A DNA stretch of 64,000 nt from Takakia lepidozioides. Taxonomy: Eukaryota; Plantae; Bryophyta. The DNA lies in NCBI GenBank assembly GCA_030704615.1, contig CM060731.1:32612001-32676000 (forward strand), given 5' to 3'. The notes below the pieces were generated by a model that had not been told where the DNA came from, searched no databases, and saw nothing but the letters and a program-made list of their open reading frames with translations. Of this stretch, positions 46,701 through 60,517 are shown one piece after another. Position 1 is the first letter of the stretch; each line of letters starts with the position of its first letter. Both the position numbers and the translations under genes were made by a program.

Positions 46701-49700
46701 CCAAAATTATCGAAGGCCTGCACAGTCGTAGTGTCTGTCAATCATATCGATGTCAACATTCTAGTTTTCTCTCTAAGTAAGGCAATCAAGAAGCTGCAAA
46801 ATGGCAGAGCGGTGGACATTTCAGGACTTCAGAGTGAATTCATCAAGCATGCTGCACCTACTTTAGCCCCTTTTATAGCTAACCTCTTCAATGAGGTGGT
46901 GCAACGGGGCTTTCCAACAGAGTGGACAAAGAGCATCACCCACCCACTTTTTAAGAGCGGTGACAGGCTCGCACCGACAAACTATCGTACTATCATGGTG
47001 TCCTCATTACTTGCTAAACTGTTTGGGGCAGTAGTGGCCATGGAACTGGATGATTGGGCTGAGTACTCTCGCATTCGTGCTGAGGGACAGGCTGGTTTCC
47101 GTCGAAACTGATCCACTATTGACCACATCTTCACTCTTCAAGTTATGGTGGAAAGTGCACGCTATGACAAAAGAATGGTCTATGTTTGCTTCTAGGACTT
47201 TCACAAAGCCTTTGATTCAGTTCCTCGGGACCTTCTCTTCCAACGGCTCCATAGAGTGGAAGTCCCTCCAGACATCCTTTGTGCCATCTCTTCTATGTAT
47301 GAGATTGTCACTGGCATGGTCAACGTCGCTGGTGAATTCTCAGCCGAGATCCACAGCAACATTGGAGTCAAACAGGGCTGCCCCCTTTCACCTACCCTGT
47401 TCGGGATCTACATTGACGCCTTGGAGAATTACATATCAAAAAACCGTGGGGTTGGGGTCCCATTGGATGGGGGACCAACCCAATCAGATCTCCTCTATGC
47501 TGATGATGTTGCCCTTTTGGCACAATCCCCGGTCTTTCTGCAACGCCATCTCAAAATTTTGGAACAGTTCTGCAAAGACTATGGGATGCAGGTCAATCTT
47601 AGCAAGACCAAGATCATGGTCTTCAATGGCCAGGCTGATCGTAGATTCATCTTCAACCAGCAGGAAATTGAGATTATGAAATCATACTGGTACCTAGGTA
47701 TGGTTATCCACTCCCCCAAGTTTCACTTTGCAGCCACTGCCTTGGACAGGTTGACTAAAGGTAAGGCGGCCTCCGTCCGCCTTCAGGCCAAATGCAAGCA
47801 AATACATCTGCAGCATCCCCCGACCAAAAAGTGGCTGTTTGACACCGTCGTCAGCCCTGCTACCATCTATGGTTGTGAGTTCTGGGCACCTGGTGTCCCT
47901 GTCTCCTGGTGGGAAAAGAATTTGGAACCATTACAGTCATCTTTTCTCCAAGCAATGCTTGGCGCCAGGAGCACAACTCCATCTCAGATCCTAGGTGCAG
48001 AGTTCGCATGTGTACCATTGCAATCCGAGGCCCTCTTCAGGCTTACAATCTTTCTCCATAGATTGCAGGCCCTTCCACCCAAAGGGCTAGTGGCAAGGGC
48101 CCTCACAACATCTATGAGGCTCAAAGCTGCAGGTTTCAGGAACTCCTGGTATGCTCGAGTGGACAGTTTATTTCAACGTAACGGACTTTCTACTGCTTTC
48201 GTATTACCAATGAACCCAGATGAGGTGGACATCACATCCAGACATGACCGCAACAGACTCATTCGGAGAGAGCTTATGGAATTATATGTCAAGAGAACTT
48301 GGATGCTACCCAATCTCACGACAAAGCTCCACTTCTATCGAGAGACATTCTTGGTGCTCCGCGATGATAGAATCTTGAGACCAAATTACCTTTCAGCACC
48401 CTTATCTCCTTCCCTCTTGAGGGCATTGGGGCGGTTCAGGGTGGGTTCCCACAACCTACGGATAGAGACTGGTAGATGGGAAAACCTGCAACGGGAGGAC
48501 CGCCTATGTCCAGCTTGCATAGGGCGCAGCAAGGAAATTGAAACTGAAGAACACTTCTTCTACTGCCCTCTATACTACGAGATCCGTGGGAGATTTCACT
48601 GTTTATTCAGTGGAACCCAAACTCTCACTGATGTCTTTCACTATGAGGATCAAAAATGCGTGGCAGCCTACCTACACGAGGCCTTCACCCTTAGACAATC
48701 GCTAGAACATTAATTGTGGTTTCTGGATTTGTTCCTCTCTCATGTTTTCTTCCATTTTGTCCCATAAGCTCTACGAGCTTTCCGTGGACGTTATAAAGCA
48801 CCATTTCATTTCATTTCATTTCTCTTTAGAGGACAAGACACTACTATTCAAATTGTAATGGTCAACCTAAATTTCCATATAAAGAATTTGGTTTTACTCC
48901 ATAACAGGAGATTCTACCTGGAATATGATGTTTTGAATTATCTGACCAGGCCTGAGACAATTGTCCAGCGAATCACCGTCCTTTAAGGTGGCAGTTGCCA
49001 GCGCTCCAGGTAATACTGCAGATTTTCAGAACACGCAAGCAGAATTGAGGCACAGGGGAAATGTATTTCAGTCAGTGCAAAGAGTTGCAGGATAAGTACT
49101 GAGCCTGTTCAAGGAAAGAGAAGGGAACCACTTTGAAGGACTGTGGAGATAGTATAATTGTTTGAACATGTTAAATAGAATACATGGCAATCAAATAGAG
49201 GGTGGGGAGATAGTATAATTGCTTGAACATATTAAATAAAATACAGGGCAATCAAATAGAGGGTGGCCTGGAGTGAATAGGCAGGCTAGAGATAACCAGT
49301 TATTTCAATTGAGGCCACCAAAGCGCTGGAAATGTAGATCCGGAGGCTGGCCTCATAGGTTGGAATGATTGGTGTCAAATCTCCTCCACTTACCTCAATT
49401 TTCTGCATTGAGTCACTAAACGCATGAGACTTGTAACATTCCATGTGGCAATTTCTGCATCTGATCGTTGGAAATCATCTTTTGTTTACAAATGGTGCAG
49501 GTCCTTGAAGACTATCACAACACCAGTGTACATCTGTTTAATATATGGCAGATACAAGTGCAAGGGTACGAGTTGTTTTCCCAACCTTTATACAACTCAC
49601 CTGAAACACAAGACTTAAGTTGTCATTTGTCAAAACAGTGAGGTCCTTGGCTATTGTTGATGAAATCTGGAGATGTTGGCCACTGGCATCCCACAGTTCG

Positions 49701-52700
49701 CATTGAACGTCCTCTGGGACACTTAGAAATTCTACCGCGTTTCCAAACTCATCAGATCTTGAAAGATAGAGAGGATGATCCAGCATCCCTCCCAGCCTGC
49801 AAGAGTTTCAGAAATCAGTCTTTATTTGTAGCCCTGATATGGAGAGGGCAGAGTACAATTGACAATTGCAACATCCCAACGATTGGGTCAAGAAAATGGT
49901 TGCACAATCAAGCCTCATATTAGAAGCGTAGAAAGTACACTGCTTTTTATTAACATAAGCCTACAGAAAGAAGATGAGAAGAAGAATAAGAAACTGTACT
50001 ATGCAGACAATGTGTCATTTCCTCATGATTCAGATTGCATTCTGCTTCATAAGAGACCCTCATGGATCACAAGCAAGTGGATAGTGTCAGAAGTTTTGAG
50101 ATACTCACCTGGCGTAGCCTTTCAGTTTACGCCCATGGTGGTGTCTGTTACAGTCGCTAACGTGACTGCACAAGTTCCAGGTGTCTACTTTATCAGATGC
50201 CACCACATTGAGGCATATTGCTGCTGGAGTCACGTCGCAGTATTTTGCACTTTCCTGTCATCACATCCAACAACACTCGTCAAGTCACATGAGAAATGGG
50301 CTGATTCTGACAGAGGGCAGGTCACTGGAACTTTTAACACAACGGAATGGAAGTCAGTCCAAACTTGCAAAAGTGCTCATGCATGGACGAAGACCACTCG
50401 GTCACAGGATTTCATTGACTTAGGATAGCAATGAGAACATGATGTGTTTTTGACCCTGCTCTCTAGTCATCTACATTTGTGTGTGATTGTTCCCGTTTGT
50501 CTGTGGAGAGAAGAATTTTCTTATTTCATGGTGTTTCAGAGGAAGTGTTGAGTTTATCCAGAGAACAAATAGCTCACCAGTGAGAAAATGAAGAAGTATG
50601 CACCCATTTTTCTTAGGACATTTCCCAAAGTATTGTCAGTACTGAAGCAATAAAGGCCCTTCACATTGCGCTTGGTACACGCCTTCACTGTGCTGCTGTA
50701 TATCAGCTCTGCTTTGTCCTTTTCGCGCTTATTTGCATCCTCTCCTCGGACATTCTTCAAGAATTTGACAACCAGCTTCACATCCATAGACTCGGGAAAA
50801 ATTGTTCTCTGCTCTGTTCTGCATGTAGGCACAGATTTGGATGTGCCAGGTGTGTGTGTTGCACCTGGTAGACAACTTTTCGGCCTCACCACAGCAATGA
50901 GCTCGCTTGGTAAGGCAAATCCAGCTTTGACATTATACTCCGTCGGAAGTCCCTGTTTGGAAAAGAAATTCTATTGCAAGTGACTTGTGGGCCCACCTTG
51001 GAAGATAAATACCGTTGCATTCTTGAATTACAATAGCTACAGCAGATCTGCTGTGAGGATGATAAACAAGTGGTTGATACTGCACCCCGGTAACAAGCAA
51101 CAACAGATGTTGAAGACCAACCTGAATTGGATATGAAGTTTTGGAAAACAAGTTGGTAGGAAAGTAAAACTGACCCTATCAACATCAAACTTCATCACTT
51201 CATCTGCATTTAGCAGCTCTAGAAAGGCAGGAGACTTGTTATGCATCTTTTCCTCTTGTCTTCTCCACGTACTTTCGTCGATTTTCTGAGTCTGTACTCA
51301 CAAGATAGCGCAATCTGATCGGCATAATCTTCCAACACACATCAATGCTGCCTAGTTTGAATACAATATGAAGCATGCAAACTAACTCAAAATAAAGTTA
51401 TGCAGGTAGTAGACTGATTGGGGATTCTGCTAGCTATGAATAATTATGGCAGCAAGACTGATACTTCACTGCAGATATCTGTTGTTACCCGTCACTAGAA
51501 ACAAGAATGAAAACACCAGAAGTCAAGGGAATGTAGAAATACCTTCTCTGAGAAGAGAATATCTAGTGGAAATGCCCTTGACATTCCTAAATAGAACTTT
51601 GGGTCCTGATCGTCTGTTGAACTGCTCCCTTGTGATGCGGGCACATCCATGGGTCTATTAAGGGCCACATAATGGCTTTATGGAGATATTTAAGATAATG
51701 GTTTCTGAGGTGACTACAAGGAGTGACAGACAGAAGAAATGAAATGAAACTTTAAAGAAAAGTAACCTTATACCATCCACGGTAAGCTCAAAGAGCTTAA
51801 GGAACAGAAGAAAGCAGAATACAGAAAGAACTGGCGCCCTCAACAAGCAGCTCAAAGATAACTCTCATGCACATCTGCTGCCAACTATTTCTGAAACTTT
51901 ACAATGTCTACAGGGGTCCTGCAGGGCCCATGGGCCAAAGTGGACCAACAAGAGAAGTAGAATTGCATCCACGGAGAGAGACAGAGAAAAGACAGTACCT
52001 GCATATGATCCATATTTCACCTGGCATCATCAAGTAAAACTCGTCAGCCATTCTAGTATATCTTCATATGTCAAATCTGTAGCAGAAATGTCTTGGTTCT
52101 CTGCAGGATATTTACTTAGCACTTATATGCTTTATATGCAGCAAATAATTTGGCTAACTTTCCAGTGCAAGAAAGCATGTAGAAGCTGAAACGTGATCTA
52201 CACACCCTCCTACTTGCACTCAACCAACCTGAAAGCTTCAATCTCGCATTCAATCTCACACTCAATATCCCACATTCACTTTTCTGCCAACATACACAGT
52301 TGTTTGCAGACGTGCATGTATTCACCTCATGCATAGTGCGTAGGATGGTTTTTTGCTGCATACCTGGCGATTCGCAGAGACCCTCACATACAAAGCACTC
52401 CACAGTAACATACAGCTGATTGTCACTCTGTAGCCCTGGGAGACCCTTCAGAAGCTTCAATCTGATTGGACCTTTCTTCTTGTCCTTCACCTTCCAAGAG
52501 ATGTCTCTTGTCTTCATGTTATAATGTACGCTGAAAACTGCAGTGACGGCGGCCATGTTACTGCTAGCAAGCATAGTCCATCTGGTAGGAATTGGAGGTC
52601 AAGTCTTACATTCTGATGGCAAGTAGTTGTATGTTTCATTATTACTCTCTCAATAACCAAACCCAACTCTCTGTTCTGTTTTGTCCCATGAGCCCTTGGG

Positions 52701-55700
52701 CACAGTGGATGCTAGTGTTCTCTTTCTATTGACAGAATAAATCTGTTTTTGTTCTTCTGTGGATGTTGCATAGTTGCTTACTTGATTATTGAAGTAAATA
52801 TTGGTTTGTCCTACCCTGTCCCATGGGCCCTTGTGGCTTCCGTGGACATTCCAGTTTTTCCTGCAGTCCCAGTTTCCTGGTGGGAAAACAATATGAAACC
52901 ATTGCAGTCATCTTTCCTCCAAGCAATGCTTGGCGCCAGAGGCACAACTCCATCGCACATATTGAATGCAGAATTCGCCTGTGTGCCACTCCAAACTGAG
53001 GCCCTCTTCCGGCTTACAATTTTCCTGCTAGGTTACAAGGCCTTCCCCCCAAGGGGCTTGTGGCCAGGGCCCTCACAACATCTATGAGACTCAAAAATGC
53101 AGGCTTCAAACAATCCTGGTATTCCCGTGTGGATACCTTTTTTGAACGCCATGGACTCTCTATAGCTTCACTTATGCCAGTGAACCCAGAAGAGGTGGAA
53201 ATCACATTCAGGCATGACCGCAACCAACTCATTAGAAAGGAGCTCATGGAGTTACATGTCAGGAGAACTTGGAAGTTACCCAACCTCACAACAAAGCTCC
53301 ATTTCTATCGAGAACATTCTTGGTTCTCCGGGATGATAGAATCTTGCGGCCCAATTACCTTTCGGCCTCTTTATCTCCATCATGAGGGCTTTGGGATGGT
53401 TCAGGGTGGGCTCCCACAACCTACGGATAGAGACTGGCAGATGGGAAAACCTGCAGCGGGAGGACCGCCTATGTCGTGCTTGCACAGGGCGCAACCAGGA
53501 AATTGAAACTGAAGAACACTTCTTCTATTGCCCCCTATACTATGAGATCCGTGGGAGATTCCATTGTCTATTCCGTGGAACCCAATCTCTCACTGAAGTC
53601 TTCCACTATGAGGATCAGAAATGTTTGGCAGCCTACCTGCACGAGGCATTCACCCTTAGACAATCACTCGAACAATAGTTCTTTTCTCTGACTCTGGTTT
53701 TCCTATTTTCTCTCATGTTCTTCCTTCCATTTTGTCCCATAAGCTCTATGAGCTTTCCGCGGACGTTATAAAGCACCATTTCATTTCATTTCATTTCTTC
53801 TTACCTTCAAGGTTGATGCCCAACTCTTGCTTGTTGTGGGGCTGGGTGATGTAGATGGTGGGGTTCTTGTCATCAAAGGTTGCCCCTTCATCGAACCTTT
53901 CATGTGACTCACTGACCCACTTGGAGAAATCACCACGCAAGTGCTCAGGTGACAATGTCTTGCCTTCCTTCTTAATCACCACAATCACATCTGCAGCATA
54001 AAATGTTTCCATCACAACGGTAAGCACACAAAAACTAACAACACATAATACATTGCATGTTCATACAGAACTCCACCAGATTTTCTCAATTCCAACAATA
54101 ACAATAAATAGACTTACCTTTCCTTTCTGACTTGGATGAGTCTTGCAAAAGACCAAGAGACAGAAGGGCCTCCGTGAAAGGGTGCTTCCCTACCAAATCC
54201 ATCTGCAGTAACAGAGACCACATGTGCTTTTAATAAGATTCGCAATGTCGTAGTCATACCTGGAGAATACATGCCACAGCTATTGAGATGCTTTACATAA
54301 ATTGATTTCTGCTTCTACATGATTGTGAAAATGATGTGACAGTGGATGCTCAACAAATCTATACAGAGACATAGAGACACGAAATCTACATTCACTGACA
54401 GGAATACCATGGACTGTCTGAATTGTATCCAGAGGCTTTTGATCTGACAGCAGCCATTCTAGACCACCAAATGCCACACTAATAGTCAGGATGAAATTTC
54501 TATTGAGCGTCAGACATTGTAGCACTCACTTTGGAAGTGGTAGGCACAAATCCAGCATCAACATCTGCAAATAACAATCATTCCACCCACAACATCAGCA
54601 TTCTCTGATATCAATATGCATACAAACCTGAAGTCATGGAACAGTTGGAGGTGAAAGAAGTCTTAGAAAAGGAACTCTTCATCCTTGACAATTTCTCTTC
54701 TTAACTAGTTGGCATTATTTTGACAACTCACCAATAAAAGCTTTCACTCGCTTAAAACATTGTTGGGGAACTTCGTGTGCCTTTGGACCCTTCTTTGGCT
54801 CCATGAATGGAAGCCTCTTCTGTAACACCACAAAGTGCACATTCGTCACCCTTGGGTGGTTGTGAGTCCATGTAGTTCTATTACGAGACGGTGTTTGAAA
54901 CCAGATTGCATGGGCAACTTCCCCCCTGGAAAGCCTAACAAACTGAACCATTTACATACTCAATGTCACCATGTGACTTGCGCCCACAGGGTTTAAGAGA
55001 CGTACTCCTCTGGCATCTGGCAGTAGCCTCCCCAGTCTTCGGATGTCAATTCGAGAGAATGTCTCGAACTCCTCTTGATGGGGGGATTCCTTCCTCAGTT
55101 TAGTTAGTATAGAGTCAATCGCTTCCTTCCCCTGCAGGTACATACTACTTCATGTGATGCTTACATCATAACGTCCCAGTAGGTTTTCAGTATTCCTGAT
55201 CCCAACTTGGACCTTATTTCAAAAAAAAATCCTTCATGTGCTGGAGCACATTCTCAAGCATCTAGCAGCTACTGGTGCTGATTAGTGGTTGCACCTTTGT
55301 GATTGGAAAGTAGTGACAGGTAATACGAGCATTTGCTTTGTCTAGTTTGCCTCCTGCATCCAAACCAGTAGAACTTTAGAAATGATAGAGATGTGGGATT
55401 GAGAGAGGAGGAACAGGGAAATTTGGTGAGCCAACAACAGATTTTGGAAGCCCAAGGACCTGTGGGAAGTAGACGATAACATTGGGAGACATAAGGGGTA
55501 GAGAGTTGCACAGTCCACTGTCAGACCACCAAAAATGAACCTGCTTAAGTGTAGATAGTAGTTTGATTTCTTGAAATAGGTACGCTTCACAACTGAGAAG
55601 TAATCAAACATAAATATATGGGATATAAGGTAAGAAATACCAGAAGCTGGGTTGTATGTACCTGTTTGGTTTGATTTGATGTCTTTCGTTTTCGTGAATT

Positions 55701-58700
55701 GTAGCTGTAGAACATATGGTTTGCCATTTCCGGTGAGGGAATTGGTCACTGCCACTTCACCACCCACCACTTCTGCCAGATCTAGTTTATTTACCTGGAA
55801 GCAAACCTGGCCACTATCAGAAGTGAAGTCCACAATGTACACCAACTAAGAGAAACTTCAGGCACCCAAAGGAGAAACGTGCTGGTCTCCAATCAGATCA
55901 GTGCCCCGAAGCCTAAAATTCCAGGAATTTTGTTCTAGTTGGACCAATATTCATCCTACATCGCTGAAGCAGTCTCTCAGTTTTATTCAACTAAGAGTCC
56001 TGGTTCTGAGCGACTGGTGGCACTACAGCAGCACAAAGCAACTTCGTATGCAATCAGAAACAGGGCATATTAGATGACTAGGCACCAGTCAAGTCAATAA
56101 CCTATCCACAGAAAAAGCACTTAGTTACTCATAAAGTAGGAGTACGCACCATGATCGTCACCGGAGTTGCAGTCCTGCCAGACGAGCCTCCCTCATCATT
56201 CTGACAAAGTGGGGTGCAGAGTTTGGTCGTATGATAACATAAAAGTCAACACACCTGTCCTAACCAACCTTTCTAGCATGGCGAAAAGCAGAACAAGGAA
56301 GAAAACCAGGGGTCGCAACTTAACAAACAAAGGTGGTTGACATGGAAACAGACAGGGAAAAACCATCACTTGATATTACCTGAATGTATGGGAAGTAGTA
56401 GTCCTTCAGCTTGCGCCGCACTTCCTCAACTTTCCATTCCAAGACCTGCTGATTAAGATCTGTAATCTCCACCTGTCATAGTGGTACTAAGTGTTATTTG
56501 TCAAACCATGATAAAATTTCTTCATAAAGAATGTCTGGGTGGAGCCTCAGGCAGAGAGGGAGACATGAAAAACTCTAAAGTGCTTACGCAGTGTCCTACT
56601 CAAAGGCATCCTCAATAATGGTCTCTCTTCAGACAGGACTTAATGTTCTTGTATGTTACCTTTATCTTGGGGTTGGAACTTCTTGAACTTTTGTACCTTT
56701 GACTCCCCGCATTCAGAAGGTGCTTGAAAGGGTACAAAAACCTCTTTGAAGGGGTATAAGCACTGAGTATGGAATTTAAGGTACAATGGGTAGCGTATAT
56801 TTTCACCATATGGATGAGAAAGAAGGTCAGAAAAGCATGAAAAGACACAAGTTTTAATACGTCCACAGGCAGCTCACAGAGCTTATACCATCAGGAACAT
56901 AAAAGTGGGGAAACCAACCACACAACCATGAAGCTACAATTCGTCCTCGAGTGATTCCCTAACATAGACAGCCTCTGGTAGATTTGCCAAAGGCATCTCT
57001 GATCCTCATAATAGAAAAGTTCTGCCAGTAGTAGTGACCCCAAAGTTCACAGTAGAGAGAACAGCAAAGGAAGAATTCTGTTCAGTCTCAATGTTCAGCC
57101 TGCCTGTTTAGCCCAAGCAGAGCATAGGTGTTTGGCAGGCTGCAGCATGTCCCATCTGCCAGTCTGGATCCTTGGGATCTCACCATGCATTGACCCAATA
57201 ACCTTAGAAGAGATGGAGATGGAGATGGAGTTGTAGACAAGTAGTTTGGCCCTAAGATAATGTTCTTTCTCAGGCAATGAAGGTACATGACTCTGTTGAT
57301 GGGGTGCAGCCAGTCTTGTCAATCTCTGCAAGGGACACTCTTCTTTGGAGTTTGCGGTCAGACTCCATGCAGTATAAGTTGGAACATGTGGAGTTGGGAA
57401 GATAAGTCTACAAGTGGGCATAAGATGATCCCTGCCATGTCAGTCTCTGCTGCCCTAAGGCCTCACAAAGATGTCTTTGTGTGCCAGTGACTTTTCCGGA
57501 CAGAACTATAGTCTATGGTATGCATTTTCCATGAATATATTATTCTTCATTGTAGGTCTACAGAACAATTCAAACGCACTCTATGAACATGATGCTTGCC
57601 TTTGTAAAGCTTCCATGGGGTGACAAATTACACTCTTCTTCTGTTGGACTACGAAATTCTCCCCCCGTCTGGAACCACAAGTCACGAGCAACATAGAATA
57701 GATTAGAAAGGTTGCTATGCCATGACAATATTATGAACTTGGAGTTGCTTTCCAGAAAGATGATACTTCATAGCTCTTTGAAAAAGGGTACCCGACAATT
57801 TCTCATGGTGATTCAGTAGAAGTAATCATGCAGGATGACTCAGGGGCCAGTTCAAAACTATAAAAAGTTTATAGCAAATATTGAATTCGGTAACAGCGGA
57901 CAGCACAACCTTCCAGGCACTTCCAGCCTTGACTTCATTCTGCAGCGCATCCCTTCCCAAATGTAGGACAACCACTCTTCTGGATACCGCTGTTTTTGAG
58001 GACACTGTTATGCTTCTGCAGCAGCATAGAAGGACAGGGCACCAATAATTAACCTTCAAGATGTTTTTAGGAACAAAGTGACGTAAAAGTAATATCTTGA
58101 ATTCAGTCCACCAAGCTTGTTCCAGTAGATTCATTTCAAGGTTGACAAGCTTATGCTTTAATCCACTATCTGACAGGCTGATGGGGAAGGGGAAAGTGGG
58201 CCGTGACTCACCCTCCAAGATGCAATCCAGCACCAATCCCTCCAAATCCATACATTCCGAAGTGTGGCTGCAAAAACCAAATTCCTCATCTGTCACTTAT
58301 GGAAAAAACTCTCTCTATAACTCCTTTACTGTACCTGGCAGTTAAAACTTCGGCTCCATTCATGCAGACACAAGAACCTTTTCTGTTTCTTTATGCCAGT
58401 GCTTTGCACTGTAGATGACAAATATATATGTAGTATAGAGTGACCACAGCATCTCTGAAACATGGGCTTCTCAAGGTTGTGTGCAATCTACACCAACTTC
58501 AAACCTTCAGGATCACTTACTACAGATTCAAAGCTCATCTGCTGTATAAATATGGGACAGAAAATCCGTTGGATGAGAGTCAACAAGAATATAATTCTCC
58601 GACACAAACACTGTTCCAAGGGAGCATATCCCTGAAACCATGAGTTTTCGAAGGTGGGTGCTCCCTGCAATCCGGGCAAGTTACATACCTTTAGATAGGG

Positions 58701-60517
58701 TGGTTCTCCTCCAATAGCAAGAGCTTGCACATTTCGGTTTGTGGAGCTCCCTATAGTACCCCTGCAATTCAGCAAGGAGTGACATGACTACCTTACATCT
58801 GCAGAAAACTCTCAACAGCTACAAAATTCAGGCCATGTGCAAATGTCACACCACACAACGCTCCTTCCATATACTCCACCAAAACCATACCATTGGCCTG
58901 GACTTGACTGGACCCCACAGACATGTGCAGGGATGAAGCCAGAGACTTAGAAGGGGAGAAGAGAAAAGAAATGAAGTTGTACTCACGTACCACTTGGCAA
59001 TGGAGCGCTCTGGACTACTATCCATGCCCTTGCCCGTGTCAAAGATAGTAATCTTGCCAGCTCCGGGATCCAAGTCCACACTGCACAATCTCCACCAACC
59101 AGTTCACTCTGTGTGATTGAGCACCTGCTTCAATGTTGGGGCTACCCTACTATGCCTCTTTAGAGAAGAGGAAATTGACTGTGAGATGCATACCAGACGA
59201 GCCGCAACTGTCCACTTTTCAATTCCCAAACGGCTTGCAGCGAGTTGTCCTGTTCCAAAGCAATTACCATGCGTTACTAGAGTTCCCATTTCCCTAGAAC
59301 TCCAGTGATCATATTTGGACAATCAAGTTCTATGGAGTTAACGACAGCGACATGGGATGGGCTACACATTGTCATTAGTGGTGTAGAAAATTGGAGTCTG
59401 TCATAAGCTATATTAGATTGCAACTCTGCACAGTCAGTTTAAATAATCGAAGTAACTATTTAGCGACGAATTTATATGCAGTTATATATGGGAAGAATGG
59501 AATCAGCACAACCAGCTCGTCTGCTAACGCTGAAAAGAAGGTGTAATCTTGGGGAAGGACTCCCAGCATCTGTGGCTCTGGCGTCACGTTCCAAAATCCC
59601 TGCCAAACCCATCCCCAAATCACTCAAACCTCGCATGGCAGTTCAAAAGACAGTGTAATGTTTGCACAGGAAAGTGCTAAACTTCCAATTCATAGTTGAT
59701 TAATCCCATGTGAACGGTCACTCAATTCTAACCCAAAAGAATCCAATATTCCTGTGTGCAGGATTGCAACAATTATACAATTCCACAAAATTAACTTATG
59801 AGACCTCAGGCTTTAGGATGTTACCGGATGAGCATGAACAGAATTGGGATGGCCATCCTGTCAAGAAGGAAGCAAATCACAATTAATCAGCACATTGGTG
59901 ACGTTTTGCAAATTCTTCGAGTTTGAATTCGCCTGGCGGAAACTCTCCAGCTCACATTTACCAACTTCCAAGCAGATAGGAAATGGAATGAAATCCAAGA
60001 AAGGAAGGAAGACCAGCTGCACTTAGAAAGTCACGTGACAGACCTGTAGCAGGAGGATTCTGGGTGAGGTGAAGTCCGCAGGGAAGAATTCACCGTCCTC
60101 TATTTCTTTTCCCTCAAAATCCTCAATTTTCACATGCGACCCCCACAATATTTCCCGTTGTTTTTTCTTCGCACTGGTGGCACTCCTACTCGCAGCCTCT
60201 TCTGTCATTTTCACAAACTCCTCAACAGTAAGGCTCATCTCAGCCTCCTCACCGTCCACCTGAACTTCAACGCAGGACCGATTTGGCAGGTACATCTCGA
60301 ACCTGTACTGCACTCTAGTGTTCTGGACCTGCATACTTCCCTCCGAGAAGTTGCTCAAACGCCTGCGGGAGCTCCTAGTTCCAGTCACAGCACTCGAGGG
60401 GAGCTTCTGAACGTCACCCGTGCCATCCATGCGCACGGATTTCTTGCGCTTGGACCTTGAGGATGAAGCAGGACTCTCCACCATTACACGCTTCTTATGA
60501 CTTCTTTCTGAATTCAT
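40722..60517 (-). CDS. GMI1: GMI1-like SMC flexible-hinge protein (N-terminal GHKL ATPase, C-terminal DMS3-like hinge and coiled coil; SMCHD1-like architecture); many exons, not all traced
   Basis: Exons read LPQDYTFFSALADEL|DNSLQAVW, FDTGKGMDSS, PPYLK|PHFGMYGFGG, LKDYYFPYIQ, RRLGRLLPDAR, GEIWIICR|PM, EILGIVALLA...LSR|ALADFLG, GFLGYAVN, LFSFLQVY, GAVSLDGG. Confidence 0.88.
41195..41612 (-). mobile_element. Degenerate fragments of LINE family B (RT core piece plus two 3' tails) in the last GMI1 intron
   Basis: Reverse complement of 41195-41390 gives VELPLDGSPT..LLHSDDVVLL..QKHLRIVEEF, matching VPLDGGPT..LLYADDVALL..QRHLKILEQF; tail motif ttttgtcccataagct..gagcttt at ~41455-41485. Confidence 0.7.
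42388..43007 (+). mobile_element. Two tandem 3' fragments of LINE family B; the first ends in (CATTT)12 at 42676-42735
   Basis: Near-identical to 48520-48820 (VFHYEDQKCLAAYLH.AFTLRQSLEQ plus 3'UTR). Confidence 0.88.
44130..44590 (+). mobile_element. Two older 3' fragments of LINE family B
   Basis: tatgagatcc..gggaga...cttagaca...gagctttccacggac...catttcattt, diverged. Confidence 0.7.
46650..48821 (+). mobile_element. 5'-truncated LINE family B (RTE/RTEX-like ORF2: RT plus C-terminal Cys/His finger), antisense in a GMI1 intron
   Basis: NYRTI, QAGFRRN*STIDH (TGA at 47109), DFHKAFDSV, GVKQGCPLSPTLF, LLYADD, YLG, RFRVGSHNLRIETGRW..CPAC..ETEEHFFYCP; (CATTT)n tail. Confidence 0.93.
51735..51850 (-). 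mobile_element. SINE-sized 3' tail of LINE family B
   Basis: Reverse complement: taagctctttgagcttaccgtggatggtataag...tttcatttcattt. Confidence 0.55.
52860..53797 (+). mobile_element. 5'-truncated, frameshifted LINE family B copy
   Basis: Parallels 47890-48820 (PVSWWE...ARALTTSMRLK...RIETGRWENLQREDRLC); CATTT tail ends a few bases from a GMI1 splice donor. Confidence 0.9.
56830..57480 (-). mobile_element. Old degenerate LINE family B 3' fragment
   Basis: Reverse strand gives ILGPNYLS..SPSLLR and IQTGRWD, and tail taagctctgtgagct..gtggacgt. Confidence 0.6.
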
